A stretch of 64,000 nucleotides of DNA, taken from Flavobacteriales bacterium (GTDB taxonomy: Bacteria; Bacteroidota; Bacteroidia; NS11-12g; UBA9320). The stretch is from positions 29,914 through 93,913 of the forward strand of contig JACJZV010000002.1 in assembly GCA_020635395.1 (NCBI GenBank), in the 5' to 3' direction. The position numbers were made by a program, and so were the translations under genes. The notes beneath the pieces were generated by a model. That model did no database searches. It had not been told where the DNA came from and saw only the letters and a program-made list of their open reading frames with translations. Below are positions 59,009 to 64,000 of this stretch, piece after piece (position 1 is the stretch's first letter; the number at the start of each line of letters is the position of its first letter).

Positions 59009-59965
59009 ATGAACAACATCTCTATAGTTATCCCACTTTTTAACGAAGATGAATCGTTAGCCGAGTTGGCGACGTGGATTGACAAAGTAATGAATGCTCA
59101 TCACTTTTCGTATGAAGTGTTGTTTATTGACGATGGTAGTACTGACAATTCATGGAAAGTAGTAGAGGAATTGAAGGCACAGAACAGTTGCATTAAGGGC
59201 ATCCGATTTAGAAGAAATTATGGCAAATCAGCGGCTTTAAACGAAGGTTTTAAATATGCCAATGGGCAAGTTGTCATAACAATGGACGCAGATTTGCAAG
59301 ACTCTCCCGACGAAATTCCGGAACTCTATAAAATGATAACTGAGCAGAGTTTTGACTTGGTTTCCGGATGGAAAAAGAAGCGATACGACCCCATAAGCAA
59401 AACCATCCCGACAAAGTTGTATAATGCAGTTACCAGCCGCATGAGTGGTGTAAAATTGCACGACATGAACTGCGGCCTAAAAGCCTACAACGTGGAGGTG
59501 GTTAAAAATATTGAAGTGTATGGTGAAATGCACCGCTACATACCCGTTATTGCAAAATGGGCCGGATTTAACAAAATTGGAGAAAAGGTTGTTCAACATC
59601 AAGCCCGAAAATATGGCACAACCAAATTCGGTTTAAGCCGCTTTGTATATGGGCCGCTAGATTTGCTCAGCATTATGTTTGTGGGCAAATTCGGAAAACG
59701 CCCCATGCATTTGTTTGGTTCTCTCGGAGCGTTATTTTTTGCCGGAGGCTTTGTGATAGCCCTATATTTATCAGTGGCAAAATGGATTTGGCATGAATAT
59801 GAAATGACCCAACGACCGCTATTTTATCTTGGCATTTTGGCCATGATTATTGGTGTTCAATTGTTTGTTGCCGGATTTTTAGGCGAATTAATCAGCCGAA
59901 CTGCCCGAGAAAGAAACCGCTACCAAATAAGAGAGTGGCTTGGCATTGAGGTACAGGAATCGTAG
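59009..59965 (+). CDS. family 2 glycosyltransferase (polyprenol-phosphate sugar transferase-like)
   Basis: ISIVIPLFNE, IDDGSTD, DAD motifs. C-terminal TM helices as in DPM1/ArnC-like GT2. Confidence 0.8.
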   Translation: MNNISIVIPLFNEDESLAELATWIDKVMNAHHFSYEVLFIDDGSTDNSWKVVEELKAQNSCIKGIRFRRNYGKSAALNEGFKYANGQVVITMDADLQDSPDEIPELYKMITEQSFDLVSGWKKKRYDPISKTIPTKLYNAVTSRMSGVKLHDMNCGLKAYNVEVVKNIEVYGEMHRYIPVIAKWAGFNKIGEKVVQHQARKYGTTKFGLSRFVYGPLDLLSIMFVGKFGKRPMHLFGSLGALFFAGGFVIALYLSVAKWIWHEYEMTQRPLFYLGILAMIIGVQLFVAGFLGELISRTARERNRYQIREWLGIEVQES

Positions 59966-60027
59966 AAAATCTACCCTCAACAATCCATTTTAGTTTGATA
60001 TAGTTGCTATAAAGCAATATAATCGCA

Positions 60028-61260
60028 ATGTTTATGGAAGTAATAATAGCAATTTGCGTTCTCCTTTTACTGGCTTACTTTTTCGATTTAACGGCGGCTT
60101 TTACCAAAATTCCGACAGTTATTTTATTGCTGCTTTTGGGTTGGGTTGTCCGTCAGGCGGTACATTTTTTTGGTTTCGATTTTCCCGATTTAGAGCCACT
60201 TCTCCCAGTTTTTGGAACCGTTGGATTGATTTTGATTGTATTGGAAGGCACCATTGATTTAGAACTGAATATTTCAAAAATTGGCATAATCAACAAATCC
60301 TTTGTGGGTACCATAGTGCCCATGTTGGCCATGACTTTTCTAATTGGATATGGCTTTGTAGAATTTTCTGGGTGTACATTTCGGCAAGGTATCGTAAATG
60401 CCATCCCGTTTGGAGTTATCAGCAGTGCAATTGCCATACCCAGTGTTCGGCATTTGCATCGAAAAAATCGGGAGTTTATTACATACGAAAGCAGCCTTTC
60501 TGATGTAATTGGAGTGTTGTTTTTTAACTTTATATCCTTTCATCAAATTATCAATGGAAAAACCTTTGCCGTATTTGGCGGGCAACTGATTATTATGATT
60601 ATTATATCCATGGCAGCCACGCTGCTCATGTCGTATCTGCTCAACAAAATAGAGCATCATATCAAATTTGTACCCATTATCATTTTAATTATTCTGATTT
60701 ATGAATTGGCAAAAATCAGCCATCTTCCTGCGTTGATTTTTGTAATGATTTTGGGTCTATTTCTCGGCAATTTAGATCAGTTGAAAAATGTAAAATGGAT
60801 GAAATTTTTCAACCCCGAGGGGTTGGATAAAGAGGTTCACAAATTGGAGGAACTTACCATTGAGGCCGCATTTTTGATACGTTCGTTATTCTTCCTGTTG
60901 TTCGGTTTTTTGATGGAAACAAAAGAAATTTTGAACCCCGAAACATTTGTTTGGGCTCTTTCAATCATTGCAATTATTTATGCTTTCCGCTTTATTCAAC
61001 TAACAATTACCAATCTGCCCATCGCCCCACTGCTTTTTGTGGCACCTCGCGGATTAATAACCATACTTCTTTTTATATCCGTAAAAGAAAACGACAAAAT
61101 TATGTTAGTCAGCAGGTCACTTGTCATTCAGGTAATTTTGTTGTCCATTTTGGTAATGATGATAGGATTGATGTGGCACAAACCGCAAAAAGACGATGCC
61201 AAAATTTCTGAGCCCCACCAAAATGCCATCGGCCCCACCGAAGAAACAAGTGTGGGATAA
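60028..61260 (+). CDS. polytopic membrane protein, cation/proton antiporter-like
   Basis: 10-12 TM helices. Weak resemblance to the CPA family. Assignment is tentative. Confidence 0.35.
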   Translation: MFMEVIIAICVLLLLAYFFDLTAAFTKIPTVILLLLLGWVVRQAVHFFGFDFPDLEPLLPVFGTVGLILIVLEGTIDLELNISKIGIINKSFVGTIVPMLAMTFLIGYGFVEFSGCTFRQGIVNAIPFGVISSAIAIPSVRHLHRKNREFITYESSLSDVIGVLFFNFISFHQIINGKTFAVFGGQLIIMIIISMAATLLMSYLLNKIEHHIKFVPIIILIILIYELAKISHLPALIFVMILGLFLGNLDQLKNVKWMKFFNPEGLDKEVHKLEELTIEAAFLIRSLFFLLFGFLMETKEILNPETFVWALSIIAIIYAFRFIQLTITNLPIAPLLFVAPRGLITILLFISVKENDKIMLVSRSLVIQVILLSILVMMIGLMWHKPQKDDAKISEPHQNAIGPTEETSVG

Positions 61261-61354
61261 ATAAATAAGGGTAGTTTATCGTTTACTTATGCTTTTTAAT
61301 CGGCAAGGAGTAACATTTTAATTCTACATTTGTATCACTAAAAACGAAAACGAT

Positions 61355-61948
61355 ATGACAAATACAACAAAAATTTTATTGGCAGTTTTGGCATTTGTAC
61401 TGCTTCTTGGAGGTTGCGGATATAACGGCATGCTCACGCAAAGCAAAAAAGTAGATGAGAAATGGGCAATGGTAGAATCAGCCTATCAAGCCAGAGCGGA
61501 CAAGGTAAAAGGATTAGCTGCTATTGTTAAGAATGCTGCTGATTATGAGCGACAAACACTTACTGACGTTATCGAAGCACGTTCAAAAGCAACGAGCGTT
61601 AATATTTCAGCCGATAACTTAACCCCTGAGACGCTTGCTCAATTTGAGGCCGCCCAAAGCCAATTTACAGGAGCATTGGGGAAACTGTTGGCAGTAATCG
61701 AGCAATATCCCGATTTAAAGGCTGTTCAGTTGTATCGTGATTTTGAATATTCGTATGACGAGCTCGAAAATCAAATCAAATTTGCTAGAAACGAATACTC
61801 AACAGCTGCCACAGATTTTAATATTAAAATAAAGCGTATTCCAAATGTGTTTTATGCCAGTATATTAGGTTTTTATGAAAAGCCCTTGTTCAAAAGTAAT
61901 CCAGGAACTGAAAATGCTCCCAATGTAAATGATGCTTTAAAGCAATAG
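61355..61948 (+). CDS. LemA family protein
   Basis: N-terminal TM/lipobox LLGGCGYNG. ...QYPDLKAVQLYRDFEYSYDELENQIKFARNEYSTAATDFNIKIKRIPN matches the LemA consensus. Confidence 0.8.
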   Translation: MTNTTKILLAVLAFVLLLGGCGYNGMLTQSKKVDEKWAMVESAYQARADKVKGLAAIVKNAADYERQTLTDVIEARSKATSVNISADNLTPETLAQFEAAQSQFTGALGKLLAVIEQYPDLKAVQLYRDFEYSYDELENQIKFARNEYSTAATDFNIKIKRIPNVFYASILGFYEKPLFKSNPGTENAPNVNDALKQ

Positions 61949-61973
61949 GGCTTCAATTTTTAGAATCTTTTAA

Positions 61974-62408
61974 ATGTCTTGGAAACCATTTTCAACCGAG
62001 GTTGAAAAGAAAATAACGGATGCCATTACTAAGGCAGAGTCTGAATGCTCGGGCGAAATCAGGGTTCATGTGGATGAATACTGCAAAAGCGACCCCGTTT
62101 TTAAAGCAAAGAATGTTTTTACTCATTTAAAAATGGAAGAAACCGAGTTGCGAAACGGAGTGTTGATTTATGTGGCTATGTTCGACCGCAAGTTTGCCAT
62201 AATTGGCGACAAAGGAATACACGAAAAAGTAGGCGATGATTTTTGGGATAAAACCAAAGAAATTATGCTTGCAGAATTTATAAAAGGGGATATTCCTGCC
62301 GGTATTATTGACGGAATAAATATAGCAGCCGAGCAACTCAAAAAGTATTTTTCTGCCGATGATACGTTGGGCAACGAACTTTCTAACGATATTAGCTATG
62401 GGTCGTAG
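61974..62408 (+). CDS. TPM-domain protein
   Basis: Follows LemA as in conserved LemA-TPM operons. 144 aa. Confidence 0.5.
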   Translation: MSWKPFSTEVEKKITDAITKAESECSGEIRVHVDEYCKSDPVFKAKNVFTHLKMEETELRNGVLIYVAMFDRKFAIIGDKGIHEKVGDDFWDKTKEIMLAEFIKGDIPAGIIDGINIAAEQLKKYFSADDTLGNELSNDISYGS

Positions 62409-63141
62409 AATAGGTTTTATTGTTGTCTTAATTTCTTGGGTGTTTTCTGCTTATGCTAAAGAAGTACCTACTCATAACATGGGCGATGCAGCCTTTGTAA
62501 ATGATTTTGCAGATGTATTATCTCCCGATGAAGAGACTCGACTTGTAAAAAAACTCAAAGAATTTTACGATTCAACGAGCAATGAAGTAGTGTTACTCTT
62601 GGAGAAATCGTTAGAAACAGAGCCAGTTTTTGATTACTCAGTGAAAGTGGCTAATGAGTGGGGTATTGGCGACAAAAACAACAAAAATGGTGTACTGATT
62701 TTTGTTGCCACGGAAGATCGAAAAGTGTTTATACAGGTTGGCCGAGGGCTTGAAGGTTCTCTAACGGCTGCACGTGCAGGCCGGATTGTAGACTATGTAT
62801 TGTTGCCAAATTTTAAAAAACGCGGCTATTATGTTGGACTCAACGAGGCTGTGGATGAGGTAATCTCAATTACCGGTGGAGAGTATAAAAACACTAACCA
62901 ATATAAAGGACTTCCCATTTGGGTCATTGTACTTGTCATCATCATCATAATTATTATTTTCTCCTCTTTTGGAGAAAACAGCGGACGCACCTATCAAGGC
63001 CGAAGAGGTGGATGGTATATTGGCCCAGGTCCGGGTGGAAATTGGGGAGGTGGTGGCTCTTCTGGTGGTGGCGGATTTGGAGGCTTCGGTGGTTTTGGAG
63101 GAGGTAGTTTTGGCGGCGGCGGAGCAGGTGGAAGCTGGTAA
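62398..63141 (+). CDS. TPM-domain membrane protein with Gly-rich C-terminal tail
   Basis: Signal peptide. TPM-like core (FVNDFADVLSPDE...). TM (IWVIVLVIIIIIIF). Tail GGWYIGPGPGGNWGGGGSSGGGGFGGFGG. Confidence 0.5.
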   Translation: MGRRIGFIVVLISWVFSAYAKEVPTHNMGDAAFVNDFADVLSPDEETRLVKKLKEFYDSTSNEVVLLLEKSLETEPVFDYSVKVANEWGIGDKNNKNGVLIFVATEDRKVFIQVGRGLEGSLTAARAGRIVDYVLLPNFKKRGYYVGLNEAVDEVISITGGEYKNTNQYKGLPIWVIVLVIIIIIIIFSSFGENSGRTYQGRRGGWYIGPGPGGNWGGGGSSGGGGFGGFGGFGGGSFGGGGAGGSW

Positions 63142-63200
63142 AACAAGGCTATGATTCATTCCCAATCAACTATCAAGTAACTCTACCCCCCAATCCATAA

Positions 63201-63236
63201 AAAAGCCGAAGCATATCATTGCTTCGGCTTTTTTAT
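63201..63236. terminator. bidirectional hairpin terminator
   Basis: AAAAGCCGAAGCA-tatcat-TGCTTCGGCTTTT between convergent genes. Confidence 0.7.
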
Positions 63237-63255
63237 TACAATTTTTTGCAGATAA

Positions 63256-64000
63256 CTACGAACGCTCAAGTACCCATTCGGCTACTTTTGGAGCTAATTC
63301 TTTTTGAGATTTTGCACCCACAAATACACCAATGTGTCCACCTGGGAATGCGTATTCTTGCTTGTCTTTTGTCCCCAATTTGTCCATTATTCCTAATGAA
63401 GATTCGTTTGGAATAATGTTGTCTTCTGTAGCATACACGTTCAAAAATGGAACAGTCATGTTTTTCAAATCGACTTTATATTCACCCAATTCAAATTCAT
63501 TTTTGATGAGTTTATTGTCTCTAAATAGGTCTTTGATGTATTTTCGGTACATTTCGCCAGACAAATCAGGACAATCGTTTTTCCATTTTTCCATTCGCAA
63601 AAAGTTCATCAATTTATCCTCATCGTGCATCATGTCTAACACGCCAAAGTATTTGGCCACATCCATGCTTGGTTTTAGCATACTAAATGCACTGTTCATC
63701 ACGTCAGCACTAATAGTTCCCATGCTTTCTACCATAGTGTCAACGTCCACATATTTAGTCCATTTATACAACATGTTACAGTTGGTATTGGTAAAATCGT
63801 AAGGAGCTACATAAGTGGTGAGCGTTTGCAATTTTTCGGGGAAAATAGCTGCGTAAATCATGCTAAATAACCCACCTTGACAGATGCCCATTTTGTGAAT
63901 TTTTTCTACATTGTGGGTTTTTCTTACAAAGTCCACCGCATCGTTCATATATCCTAAGATATAATCTTCCATAGATAAGTAGCGGTCGGCTCGGGTGGGA
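63256..64000 (-). CDS. PHA-synthase (PhaC)-like alpha/beta hydrolase, N-terminally truncated by the window end
   Basis: Lipase-box GICQGG (G-x-C-x-G-G) characteristic of PhaC. ORF is open beyond nt 64000. Confidence 0.45.
   Translation of the reverse strand, partial: PTRADRYLSMEDYILGYMNDAVDFVRKTHNVEKIHKMGICQGGLFSMIYAAIFPEKLQTLTTYVAPYDFTNTNCNMLYKWTKYVDVDTMVESMGTISADVMNSAFSMLKPSMDVAKYFGVLDMMHDEDKLMNFLRMEKWKNDCPDLSGEMYRKYIKDLFRDNKLIKNEFELGEYKVDLKNMTVPFLNVYATEDNIIPNESSLGIMDKLGTKDKQEYAFPGGHIGVFVGAKSQKELAPKVAEWVLERS

Noticed and set aside
1-64000. CRISPR arrays, rRNA or tRNA genes
   Set aside because: No regularly spaced direct repeats and no intergenic region with tRNA-like cloverleaf or rRNA-like conserved sequence. 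The larger intergenic gaps (28576..28845, 37811..37980, 54825..55000) were inspected by eye.

Overview
Bacteroidetes-type chromosomal segment. Most of it is housekeeping: dnaX, dnaK, upp, panB, gpmI, hldD, pth, rbfA, pyrH-tsf-rpsB-rpsI-rplM, a dihydroorotase-like gene, a GT2, LemA/TPM genes and a PhaC-like fragment. Between these sit cell-surface and accessory loci. There are three very large secreted proteins carrying the gliding-motility-associated / T9SS type-B C-terminal sorting domain (1062-4538, and a tandem pair at 41947-46692 and 46810-51516). The tandem pair is mosaic: about 2.4 kb is near-identical, interrupted by divergent patches. There is a TonB-dependent receptor with an HmuY-like lipoprotein, and a TolB-like beta-propeller lipoprotein. 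A UPF0175/DUF3368(PIN) toxin-antitoxin pair lies between two copies of a duplicated promoter plus 5' gene half of a Cys/His-motif membrane protein. A visibly AT-rich three-gene cassette (28846-31138) starts with a Fic domain fused to a TOPRIM/DUF4435-like domain, followed by two small membrane proteins. A GC-rich intergenic hairpin sits inside it and a pair of near-perfect 26-30 bp palindromic elements bounds one side. This cassette is my best candidate for an undescribed defense/toxin-like system. Also notable: an A10 slippery run in dnaX with an immediate -1-frame UGA, suggesting tau/gamma production by slippage. Several Bacteroidetes-style TAnnTTTG -7 promoter boxes, hairpin terminators and homopolymeric tracts are noted. 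No rRNA, tRNA or CRISPR array was detected by eye. Functions are inferred from motifs I recognise, not from database searches. All GC-content statements are by-eye estimates.
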